From positions 2,400,001-2,464,000 of the forward strand of contig CBDAON010000004.1 of NCBI GenBank assembly GCA_965198065.1: DNA of 64,000 nt, written 5' to 3'. The position numbers and the translations under genes are program-made. This stretch comes from Longimicrobiales bacterium (GTDB lineage: Bacteria > Gemmatimonadota > Gemmatimonadetes > Longimicrobiales > Gaopeijiaceae). Shown here one piece after another: positions 41,153 through 50,513 of this stretch. Position 1 is the stretch's first letter; each line of letters opens with the position of its first letter. Below the pieces are notes generated by a model that searched no databases, was not told where the DNA came from, and saw only the letters and a program-made list of their open reading frames with translations.

Positions 41153-41927
41153 TCACTCGTGAGTCGCCCTGTAGGCCTCCGGACTCTCGCGAAAATCACC
41201 CTGATCAGGCGAGTCCTCCAACCCCAAGAAGACCACGAGCGGCCGAGTGAGCGCCCGATTGACCCGGTCTTCCGAATAGGGCGCACCCGACAGGCCGTAG
41301 GGGAACGCCTGCGCAGCGTCAGGCATCGTGTACCAACCCGAGTTCGCCGCTATAGAGAGCGCGAACCGAGCGTCCGGGAGGAACAAAATCATGCGGTGGA
41401 TGAACTGACCGCCAGCGGAGTGTCCGAATAGGACGTAGTAGCCCATGACCGACGATGCCGAGGTCCGGAACGCGTCGAAGAGCTGCTCGACAGCCTCGAA
41501 ATACCACCCTGCTTCCCGCCGATCTCGGCCGAACCATGAGACGATGTTCCCTGTGTTGTACTTCCATTCCCACCGGCTGTTGAGCCGAACAAACTCTTCC
41601 TTGCCGAACTCCGGCGCGATCACCAGCAATCCGTGCTCCTGGGCGACCCCAACCCAGGCTTCCAGATAGTCCTCGGCGTTCCGGCCAGCCCCATGCACTC
41701 ACGATGACTGCGCGGAGTGAGTCGGTCATTGAGTCGGGCCTGAAATACCACACACGCGTCACGCCTTCGAGCGGCAGCTGGCTCGCCTCGATGGAGTGCT
41801 TCCCAAGCTCGATCGCAAGGGGATCCGAGAGGGTTGGCGCATCAGACTGACATCCCGACAAGGCCGCTAGCGCCGCGAACGACACTCGTCCTGCGCGTCG
41901 CCTGTCCAGATGTGTGCGCCCGTTCAA
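41153..41927 (-). pseudogene. alpha/beta hydrolase lipoprotein, frameshifted and C-terminally truncated
   Basis: LSGC lipobox, HGAGRNA, GHSAGGQF, AANSGWY, FPYGL; frame change ~41698; ends next to IS3. Confidence 0.75.
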
Positions 41928-42141
41928 ATCACCACCCGTGGGACTTATGGAGAGTCTGACGCCACCCTCAAAGCAATACTCACGACTGACGCGTCACGGT
42001 GCCAGAATCAGAGCAGGGGGTCCCACGAAGAACGTACACCATACGTTCCGAAAATCCTGTCGCAGAATCTGCACGGGTGGGTCTCTCTACGGGACCCATT
42101 TACACCCCCTCCTGGGGGGCATCGGTGAGTCAAATCCTGTT

Positions 42142-42417
42142 CTAGATGGGACCAACTGACCCGGCCCGACCGAGACGCTGGCAAGGAGGCTTCCGGGGAC
42201 GTAGGCTACAGCAGGAAGCGGGGCCGTAGGCCGAATCGTTACCTAGCCCTCTCGGGCAGCGTTGGCTCCCTACAAAGCCCGCGAACTCCTCAAGATGCGG
42301 TAGGCCCTTCTCTAGGATGTCACGCATCGAGCCGCGGAGTTCGTTCGGGGGACGACCGCCGCCCTTGTTGCCGGGGACCCCGCCGGGGAGGAGTGCCCCA
42401 CCGTGCTTCTGAGGCAC
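42142..42417 (-). pseudogene. terminase-small-subunit-like fragment
   Basis: PQKHGGAL...PGNKGGGRP motif shared with ORF 43431-43835. Confidence 0.4.
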
Positions 42418-42497
42418 TCTCCCGGAGCCACCAGGAAAGAACCGGGCCCCAGCGCAGGCATCATCGCCGCACCGGGGCCCGATGAGCGCGGAGGGCG

Positions 42498-43208
42498 TCA
42501 GGCTCCCGCCTCAACCAGCGTCGCGGTGTTGACCTTGGTCATCTCGGGGAAGTTCTCGTCGAGATACTTGTTCCCCTGGACCCAGGCCTCGGCGTAGTCC
42601 GGGCCGTTCCCTGCGGGGGGCAGCTCACCGTAGCCGGCGTAGATCTTGTCCATGACGTCCAGACCTTCGACCACCTCTCCGAACGGCGTGAACCCACTCT
42701 CGTCCAGGTGCGTGTTGTCCTTGAAGTTGAAGAACACCTGGGTGGTGCGGGTGTCGGTGCCGGCGTGGGCGAAGGTGATCGTGCCCCGCCTGTTCGACTG
42801 GATGAACGGATCGTCCGGGAATTTCGCGTCCCTCCACGCCTGGTCGATGGCGGGCACGCCTTTGAAGCCGAACTGGGCCATGAACCCCTCGACCACGCGG
42901 TAGAACCTGGTGTCATCGTAATAGCCGTTCTTCACCAGGTTGTAGAAGCGGTCCGCGCCGTTGGGCGACCACGCGCGGTTCACCTGGACGACGATGGGGC
43001 CCACCGACGTCTCGAAGCGCACCTGGTACGTCTCGGGCGCCGTCTCGGTGAGGTTGGCGGGGGTGAGGAGGGGGCTGTCGGCCGGCACCGCCTGCTCTGC
43101 CGGGGCGGGCTCCTGCGCGGGCGCCTCCTCCTGGGGCTCGCCTCCGCCGCAGCCACCGACCAGCGAAGCGGCGACGAGGAGGGCGAGGCTGGAGAACTTG
43201 CGTTTCAT
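42498..43208 (-). CDS. cyclophilin-type peptidyl-prolyl isomerase lipoprotein
   Basis: VGGC lipobox, SPNGADRFYNLV, FYRVVEGFMAQFG, RTTQVFFN, FTPFGEV. Confidence 0.92.
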   Translation of the reverse strand: MKRKFSSLALLVAASLVGGCGGGEPQEEAPAQEPAPAEQAVPADSPLLTPANLTETAPETYQVRFETSVGPIVVQVNRAWSPNGADRFYNLVKNGYYDDTRFYRVVEGFMAQFGFKGVPAIDQAWRDAKFPDDPFIQSNRRGTITFAHAGTDTRTTQVFFNFKDNTHLDESGFTPFGEVVEGLDVMDKIYAGYGELPPAGNGPDYAEAWVQGNKYLDENFPEMTKVNTATLVEAGA

Positions 43209-43430
43209 GGTAGGCTCCTGGATGAAGACGGGCCGCCCAGAATGCGCATTTGTCCGCTCCGGGCTTGGAAACAAAGCTAGCGCGATGAAGAGGGACACTG
43301 CTAGCCGGTCGGGCACAATCTGGGGCACGCGCCCGTCACGGGCGTATAGTCCAAGTAAGACTCCGCGACGGCTGTTCAGTAGCTAGTCCCATTCTGCCAT
43401 CCCTACCGAACGCCAGGTGGTCGATTACCC

Positions 43431-43835
43431 TCACGCCATCACCCTGCTGGCGAGCACGGGTATCCATGCCTTTTTGACCTTCGCGATCAAGGCTGGATCA
43501 TCGGAGAGCACGCCTTCAGTCGCGTCCCACAGCTCATCGATCAGGTCTTCGTCGTAGGCAACGGCCCGCAAAGTGTACTTCGCCGCCAAGGAGGCCAGCT
43601 TGATCGCGTCGCTGTCGGATAGGTCTCCCGCTTTGAGCTTCTCCTGCAACTCATCCAACGTGTCGTCGCGGAGTTCGGCCAACCTGTCTCTGACCTTCGA
43701 CTTCTCCCGCCCGCCACCCTTGTTGCCGTAGTTACCGCCCCTCTTGAGTGCGCCACCATGAGGCTGGGGCACCAAACCTCCGGGGTCTCGACCGGAGTCT
43801 CCCGGTGGCTTCTTGTTGTCGCTCACGGGACCCAT
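43431..43835 (-). CDS. terminase-small-subunit-like protein
   Basis: PQPHGGAL...GNKGGGR followed by helical region; adjacent to att-like end. Confidence 0.45.
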   Translation of the reverse strand: MGPVSDNKKPPGDSGRDPGGLVPQPHGGALKRGGNYGNKGGGREKSKVRDRLAELRDDTLDELQEKLKAGDLSDSDAIKLASLAAKYTLRAVAYDEDLIDELWDATEGVLSDDPALIAKVKKAWIPVLASRVMA

Positions 43836-43896
43836 CCTCCGCCTAGTCGTGTCCCCTGATGTGCACCCCGACTGGACGGATGCCCGGCCTGGGGGG

Positions 43897-43917
43897 GTAC
43901 CGGTTTGTGTACCGGTT
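43897..43917. repeat. direct repeat, integrase arm-site-like
   Basis: GTACCGGTT twice with 12-bp period, ~100 bp from the half tRNA-Val. Confidence 0.55.
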
Positions 43918-44018
43918 CAGATCCACAAAAGGGGGTGGAGGGCTCAGCCCCCCACCCCGAACTTCGTGATGTTATTACTTGATTGTCTCGAAAACCGTGA
44001 AAAAGCCCAGCCCCTTGG

Positions 44019-44063
44019 CCCGCTTGTAAGGCAGGCGCTCTGAACCAACTGAGCTAAGCGCCC
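44019..44063 (-). pseudogene. 5' half of tRNA-Val(TAC), att-site remnant
   Basis: GGGCGCTTAGCTCAGTTGGTTCAGAGCGCCTGCCTTACAAGCGGG; no T arm or 3' acceptor strand. Confidence 0.85.
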
Positions 44064-44384
44064 TTCAGCACCCAACCTACTACACTACAATCATTTAAAC
44101 CATACTTCATCCTGCCATTGAGTCCGCATGCAAACATTGATTGGGCACAGAACCTGCCAGGCTACCCTCCCGATCCAGCCTCTGCCTCCCGGTTGAAAGT
44201 AGCACCTGCTCAGCGATCTGAAGAACGGCCCGACGGACGGGGAGCTAAGAGCCAGAGGTCGCCACGCCGAGAAGGCGTCGGAACTCCGAGTCTAGGTCCC
44301 TCACGTCGTTTGGGGGTGTGGCCCCGATGAAGACGGCGCTAAGGAAATTTCTGGAGAGGTAAAGCGCGTCGATGACCGCTTGAG

Positions 44385-44801
44385 TCACCGTACGAAATCA
44401 GGCGACCCGACGCTCACCCTGAAGTCTACCCCGCGCGTTAGCGTGTTCACCATGATGCAGCCGTTCTCCGCGATTCTCACGAGGCGCTCAAAGAGGTCGC
44501 TGTCGGCGCAGTCGCCGGTTACCTCCAGGGAGACGGAAGTGAATCGTGAGGGGCTATCGGCGAGAGTTCCCGTCACGAGGGTCTCTACGTCCGAAACGTC
44601 GGCCTCGCGCGCCCTGATCGCTGCGAGCATGGTGCTCATGAAGCAACCTGCGACCGCTGTCAAGAAATACTCGCCGCCCATGGGACCTTCGTCGGCGCCG
44701 CCTTTGGCCTCGGGCCGGTCGACTAGCACTTTGTGCTCTCGAATGGTCGCCTCGCTCGTCGACGGGCCAACCTGACGGACTCGGACCTTCATCTCTGCCA
44801 T
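44385..44801 (-). CDS. OsmC family protein
   Basis: DRPEAKGGADEGPMGGE, AVAGC, AENGCIMVNTL. Confidence 0.88.
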   Translation of the reverse strand: MAEMKVRVRQVGPSTSEATIREHKVLVDRPEAKGGADEGPMGGEYFLTAVAGCFMSTMLAAIRAREADVSDVETLVTGTLADSPSRFTSVSLEVTGDCADSDLFERLVRIAENGCIMVNTLTRGVDFRVSVGSPDFVR

Positions 44802-44961
44802 GGTTCGCTCATTCTCCGGGTGGCATCAAATCGAGTCGCAACGCGCTCCAGCCGCACGTCCGCTCCCGCCTGACGGAGCCGCTCGGCCATCCAGGTCGTG
44901 GGTCCAAGTTGAGTCTCAGATTCGAGAACCGCTAGTAGATCGAACTGCGCCGGTACAGGTC

Positions 44962-45021
44962 TGGACACATTTTGGACACGGACGCCCCTAAAGGATCCGA
45001 AACAGACCTAAAGGATCCGAA
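44962..45021. repeat. direct repeats, integrase arm-site-like
   Basis: TGGACAC x2 (44962, 44973) and CCTAAAGGATCCGAA x2 (44987, 45007). Confidence 0.7.
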
Positions 45022-45096
45022 GTCTGAAAACCCGGAAAGCCCCGTCTCCACTAAGGAAACGAAGCCTTCCGAACTAGAACGAAAACCAGAGAGGTT

Positions 45097-45138
45097 ACTG
45101 CAAATCCTCTATCCCCGGTTCGAATCCGGGCGGCGCCT
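45097..45138 (+). pseudogene. 3' half of tRNA-Cys(GCA), att-site remnant
   Basis: ACTGCAAATCCTCTATCCCCGGTTCGAATCCGGGCGGCGCCT; no D arm or 5' acceptor strand. Confidence 0.82.
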
Positions 45139-45437
45139 CTTGGGTTAAACAGCAATACTACAATGACTTATGCAAACGGCGGAGGGCCTTCGTGGGCTTC
45201 TAGGGTCGCTTAATCCGCAACGTACTAGACACCAGGGCGCATCATGGGAAGGTGCATGACTTCAGGGCGTCTGGATCTACTCTCAGAATCTTCAGTGTGT
45301 TCTTGGTACCTCGCCCCAGAACATAAAGTGTGGGACGAGTCCAATCCGCGTCCTGTCTCGTGGAGTCTCCATCTATCGTGAGATCGCCCGAACCGACCTG
45401 AACTCCTGGCCCCTGCCGTACGGTGCCCCAACATCGA

Positions 45438-45668
45438 ATGAACGAAGATCTCAGCGACGAAGCCGATTCGCTGAATAGTGTCGCCGCCGACAGCGGAGCC
45501 GAGGTAACCTGTCCCCATCGCGGAGAGACGGCGACGATCGTGCTGGACCCTGGCGGAGGCGTGCGTCAGGAGTACATCGAGGATTGCGAAGTGTGCTGCC
45601 GACCCTGGCAAGTCCAGGTCCATTACGACGGCCTCGGGGTCGCGACTGTCACGTTGGAGCCGACCTAG
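45438..45668 (+). CDS. CPXCG-motif cysteine-rich protein
   Basis: VTCPHRGE...QEYIEDCEVCCRPW; second Cys of CPxCG is Arg. Confidence 0.8.
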   Translation: MNEDLSDEADSLNSVAADSGAEVTCPHRGETATIVLDPGGGVRQEYIEDCEVCCRPWQVQVHYDGLGVATVTLEPT

Positions 45669-46142
45669 TTCGAGTCCGGCACCACCTGCCTCAGGACGCC
45701 AGCCCCGACCATTCCGGTGGCACCGAAGCTCCCTGCTCCCAGCTTCCTGTTCCACGTTCGATCACGGCCGTACGCCGAGGTCGATCGGCCAATGCCGCCC
45801 AGCTCCGGCAGCAGGTTGACACAGCCGCAATCAATCATTTGGAACCCACATCGCCTGCAGCCTTCACGATGTCGTGATAGGCCTTGTGCGTGGCTGTCCA
45901 GACATACACGAACAACCAGGTCAACAGCCCACCTATGACCAACGTGGCGAGGGCAAGCCACATTGATTCGGCTGGCCGCCGAGCCCAGATGTAGACAACC
46001 AGAGCTATCGTGGCTAACGCAGGACTCTATCTTGAGTTGTACTGGGAGCATTAGCCGCAATAGCATCTGGCGTGAATCCTGGGCCTACTCTAACCGTAGG
46101 ATGAGACAACCGAACTGCGGCGCTCACTCTTCTTAAGGGGAA

Positions 46143-47098
46143 TGACCTGCCCCGAAGAGCGGTACCACAACCTATGTTAGTCCCAGCACCTGGGGAGGGC
46201 GGTGAAGGACGGGCATCCTCAGGAACCAGGGCGACGGCTTAATCGCCTCAGGGGCCGGGGGAAAGCCGCCGCAGGCGCTGTGGGGTCGGACGGTATCGTA
46301 CTCGCGCCTCCATTGCTCGACCAGCACGGCCGCCTCCGCCAACGAGCAGAAGATCTCCCCGTTCAACAGCTCGTCCCTGAGCTTGCCGTTGAAGCTCTCG
46401 TTGTAGCCGTTCTCCCACGGGCTGCCCGGCTCGATAAAGAGCGTCTCGACGCCCACGCGCCCCAACCACCACCGCACGGGCTTCGCGGTGAACTCCGGTC
46501 CGTTGTCCGACCTCAGATACTCGGGAGGGCCCGTGTCGGACGAACAGATCGTCCAGCACCTCGAGCACGTCGTGCGAGCGGATCTTGCGAGCCACCACGA
46601 TCGCCAGGCACTCCCTCGTGTGCTCGTCCAGCACTGTCAGCAGCTTCAGCGCACGCCCGTCGTGCGTCCTCGAGGCCACGAAGTCGTACGACCAGACGTG
46701 GCCCCGATACAGCCGGCCTCAGCCGGATGCACGATCCGTCGTTGAGCCACAGCCGACCTCGCTTCGGCTGCCGCTCCGGGACCTTCAGCCCCTCCTGCCT
46801 CCAGATCCGCTCCACCCGCTTGTGCTTCACCCCCCAGCCCTCGATGCGGAGCGTGTCCGTGACGCGTCGCTAGCCGTAGCGGCCGAATCGACTCGCGAGT
46901 CGCACGATATCACCTCGGAGCGCCCCCTCGTCACTCGCCACTTTCCTCGCCCCGCGCTGGGTCGTGCGTGGCTGCCCGAGCACCCGGCACGCTCTCCTCT
47001 CCGACGCCCCGAGCTGCTGACGTACACGCACCACACAACGTCGTCGGCCCTCGGGGCTCAGAAGTTTCCCTTGGCCGCTTCCTCCACGATCAGCTTGT
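46143..47098 (-). mobile_element. second, divergent IS3 family element, 5'-truncated and defective
   Basis: IRR TGACCTGCCCCGAAGAGCGGTACC; orfB motifs; TAG 46870-46872 and two frameshifts. Confidence 0.88.
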
Positions 47099-48381
47099 CC
47101 TGCCCCCAAAAGCGGTACCACCTAGAGTGTTAGTCCAAGCACCTCCTTTTGGCTGGGGGGTGGTCCAAGAAGCAGAGGTAGGTTGAGCAGCTTTGGGTCT
47201 GGCCGGATCGCTTCGGGGGCCGGGGGTCGATAACCCAGAGAGCTGTGCGGTCGATGCGTGTTGTATTCGCGCCGCCACTGCTCGATCAGCACCTTCGCCT
47301 CCTCCAGCGAATGGAAGATTTCGCGCTTCAGCAGCTCGTTTCGGAGCGTGCCGTTAAAGCTCTCATTGTAGCCGTTCTCCCACGGGCTGCCCGGCTCGAT
47401 GAACAGCGTCTTCACGCCTAGCTCACCGAGCCACTGCCGAACCACTCGGGCCGTGAACTCCGGACCGTTGTCGGAGCGAAGATTCGCCGGTGGACCGTGC
47501 TCGGCAAACAGCTCGCTCAGCGTCTGCAGAACATCGTCCGCCTGAAGCCTGCGAGTCACCACGATCGCCAGGCACTCCCGGCTGTACTCATCCAGCACCG
47601 TCAGCATCTTGAGCGGCCGTCCATCATGCGTCCGGTCCGCCACGAAGTCATACGCCCATACATGGTGTCGGTACAGGGGCCGCAGTCGGATACAAGAACC
47701 GTCGGTCAGCCACAGCCTTCCCTCGTTTCGGCTGCTTACTTGGCACCTTGAGCCCCTCCTGTCTCCAGATCCGCTCCACCCGCTTGTGGTTCACGGCCCA
47801 GCCCTCCGTCCTCAGCATCCCCGTCACCATCCGGTACCCGTAGCGTCCAAACCGTCGGGCCACCTTCACCACGTCCTCTCTCAGCGCCTCCTCATCTTCG
47901 CTTCGCTTCGGTATCCGACGCTGCGTCGAGCGTGCCTGGCCCAACACCCGGCACGCCTTGCGCTCACTCACCCCAAGCCGCTGGCGTACTTGCACCACGC
48001 AGCGTCTGCGCCGCTCGGGGCTTAGAAGTTTTAGCTCGAGAAGGAGAACCAACAGCTGAAGCGGGCGGTGGCAGAGCTGACGCTGGACAAGCTGATCTTG
48101 AAGGAAGCCTCCGAGCTCCTTGAGACGCTTCGCCTGGCTCAGCTTCATTCCCCCGTACTCCCGCCGCCATCGGTAGTACGTTTGCTCGCTCACCCCCAGG
48201 TCTCGCCACACCTCTTTGGTCGTATTGCCGTTCGCCAGGGCCACCTCTGCCTTGCGTAGCCGGTTGATGATCTGTGCCGGACTCAGCCTCTTTGGTGCGG
48301 CCATTGTGCCCTCCCCTTTCGTGTCTTGACCCCGTCCAGATTCTAAAACTGGACTCGGTCTCGTTTTAGGGGGGTAGATCA
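47099..48381 (-). mobile_element. IS3 family element (copy 2) with internal micro-inversion
   Basis: near-identical reverse complement of copy 1 without the IS1595; ~48035-48115 inverted. Confidence 0.92.
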
Positions 48382-48407
48382 CCCGCCTCTCGCTGCAAAT
48401 AAGTGTT

Positions 48408-48902
48408 ATGCAGGTGCGAGATGTACACGACGTAGTAGCCAGGTCCATCGAGTCTGTGCTCTTCACCATAGGCACTGGGCACTTGCTGACACTCCTGTTC
48501 GTGAGTCAAGAGTTCGTCGCCGCGGGAGCTCCCCCTGTTTCCCACTTCCACACCCTGGGCGGTATGTTGCTGGCCGGGCACTCTCTGGAGAACGCTTCTG
48601 GCGGCGCCGCACTGGGCTTCATTGCAGTCGCCCTTGGCACCTTGACGCTGAACTATGTGCTGTACCGGGCGAGGCTCGTGCCTCGATGGATATCCGCATT
48701 CGGTCTTCTCGCAGGCGCATCGCTTCTGGCGGCGCGCGTAATGGCGATATCTGGTCTCGAGCTCTCCCCAGCTACCGTGACCATACTGGATGCGCCGATC
48801 TTCCTGGAGGAAATGGTGGTCGCGGTATGGCTGATCGTCAAAGGCTTTGATGCATCGGCATTGGCGGGAGGGCCTCAAGGACTGGTGCACTCGACCGAGT
48901 AG
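48408..48902 (+). pseudogene. DUF4386-like membrane protein, probably 5'-truncated by IS3
   Basis: LYRARLVPRWISAFG, APIFLEEMVVAVWLIVKGF. Confidence 0.7.
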
Positions 48903-48954
48903 CACATCGCGGTGCGCACTCTAACAAGGCGCCAGGCTCGCGCGCTTCGCTTGC

Positions 48955-49038
48955 GCGGACGACGCTGGTTCGGAGCCAGACCGCCTCATCCTCGTCCAGA
49001 ACTTCTTCGAGGAATTGAGGCAGGTGGTGCCGGAGTGA
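48955..49038 (+). pseudogene. orphan gene 3' end (RLILVQNFFEELRQVVPE*)
   Basis: resembles C-terminus of Ser/Thr kinase-TolB-repeat proteins; repeated at 54582-54712 and 45665-45694. Confidence 0.65.
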
Positions 49039-49274
49039 GGAACAGAGAAGAACCTGGAGACTGGAGGAGTCGGCGGTGAAGACCCTGACTCCGACGATCG
49101 GGTTCCGCGAGACCGCGTCCTCGACGCGGCCCTGAAGGACGACAGGCGGCACCTGGGCGCTGGCGGCCGAGGCCAGCAGCAGGTACGCCCCAGGAGCACC
49201 CATCCGGACCGCGCTCGCATCACCGGCACATTGGGATGACGCGCAGGTCCATTCACTCGCCCGCCAGAGGGCCG

Positions 49275-50459
49275 CTACCGAAGCGGAGTCGTGACGCGCG
49301 CCCCCACCATCCGCAGAGTCGCGCCCAGGGTAGTCTGCATTGCGTTGAAGCCGAGCAGGAAGTCCCAATCGGTGTACGTGACGAAGAGGTCGGTCGGCCG
49401 ATGCCAGTGGGGTCGGAGCCGCGGGCTCCGTAGCCTACCAGACCCTGCCACCCGATCTCGTAACGCCGCCGGTTCTCGCGCACGCTCACGGCTGCCACGA
49501 CGTCCATGAACGGAGTCGAGTCGGTGTTGCTCATGGCGTTGCTGAGCGCGGCCGGGAAGTCGGTGGCGAACATGCGATTGGCGTTGATCATCGCGATGCC
49601 GAGCTGCGCCGAATCTTCCCACTTCTCGGAGTTGATCTGAAACTCGACGTCCACGTCGGCGTTCCACGCCTGGTGCAGCGCGGGCGGGTTGCCCCGATCA
49701 TAGAGCACCTTGTCGTGCTGGATCATGGCGATCCAGCGGGGCTCGGGGTAGCGGCCCGAGCCTGGCGGATCCTCGATGCCCTGGAGCTCGGCCCGCTGCG
49801 CCACGTACGCCCGTGCTCCGTTGAGGCCCGTCTCCTCGTTGTTCCAGAGAGCGAAGCGCACCGAGCGCTCGGTTTGGATGTCGGGTGAGGCCAGTACGCG
49901 GGCGATCTCCATCACCAGCGCCGTACCCGAGGCGTTGTCGTTGACAGCCTCGCCGTTTCCCGCGCCCATCCATGTGGGCGCCCAGGATGACCATCTCCTC
50001 GGGGTTGGTCGTGCCCCAGTTGGTGGCGTAGACCTGCCAGCGCGACTCGTTCTGAGGCCCGTACGCATAATGGAGCCGCTCGGTCTCGTATCCCCAGTTC
50101 TAAAGCTGCGCCTCGATCCACTCGCTGGCGTGCACGTTCCCCTCGGTGCCCTGTTGCCGGTCGCCGAACTGCGCCAAGCCGCGGATCAGCTCCTTGTAGC
50201 TGTCGAAATCGAGACGCTCGACCGCCACCTGGATCATGCTGTCGGCCGGGGCCATGGGCACTCTGGAATTCGGGTTGCCGGACGCGTTGAGCACGCCGCT
50301 CGGGATCTGACGCGGTCCCGCCGCGCCCTGACCGAAAGCAGGCCCCGCCGAGGCCGCCAGCAACGCCGCCACGGCGACCGCTCGCAAGGCGGAAGGGGCC
50401 GGGAAGCAGTGGCGCGCATCTCCCGGGCTCCGGGCCACGGCGATCGGATGGGTGACCAT
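49275..50459 (-). pseudogene. M28 family peptidase, one nonsense codon and two frameshifts
   Basis: ILGAHMD, NDNASG, WNNEETGL, TDSTPF, PHWH; TAG 50100-50102, shifts ~49958 and ~49410. Confidence 0.82.
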
Positions 50460-50513
50460 TGTATTCCTCCTCCCACGTGAGGGTGTCCGTCTGGAGCACG
50501 CGCCCCCCCTGGA

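Noticed and set aside
44120..44380. Cobalamin or glycine riboswitch-like words (ACCTGCC, GAGCCAGA, GGAGAG)
   Set aside because: Motifs are in the wrong order and lack the conserved surrounding elements.
44019..45138. Split tRNA joined in trans
   Set aside because: The halves belong to different tRNAs (Val and Cys), each has its own anticodon, and att-remnant origin is simpler.
45669..45685. GTTCGAGTCCGGCACCA as a tRNA 3' end
   Set aside because: Spacing is too short for a T arm plus acceptor strand; it is the reverse complement of the repeated LRQVVP gene tail.
48918..48958. Integron attC site after the DUF4386-like gene (CTCTAACAAGG plus hairpin)
   Set aside because: No matching GTTRRRY box and no integron integrase; at most a degraded remnant.
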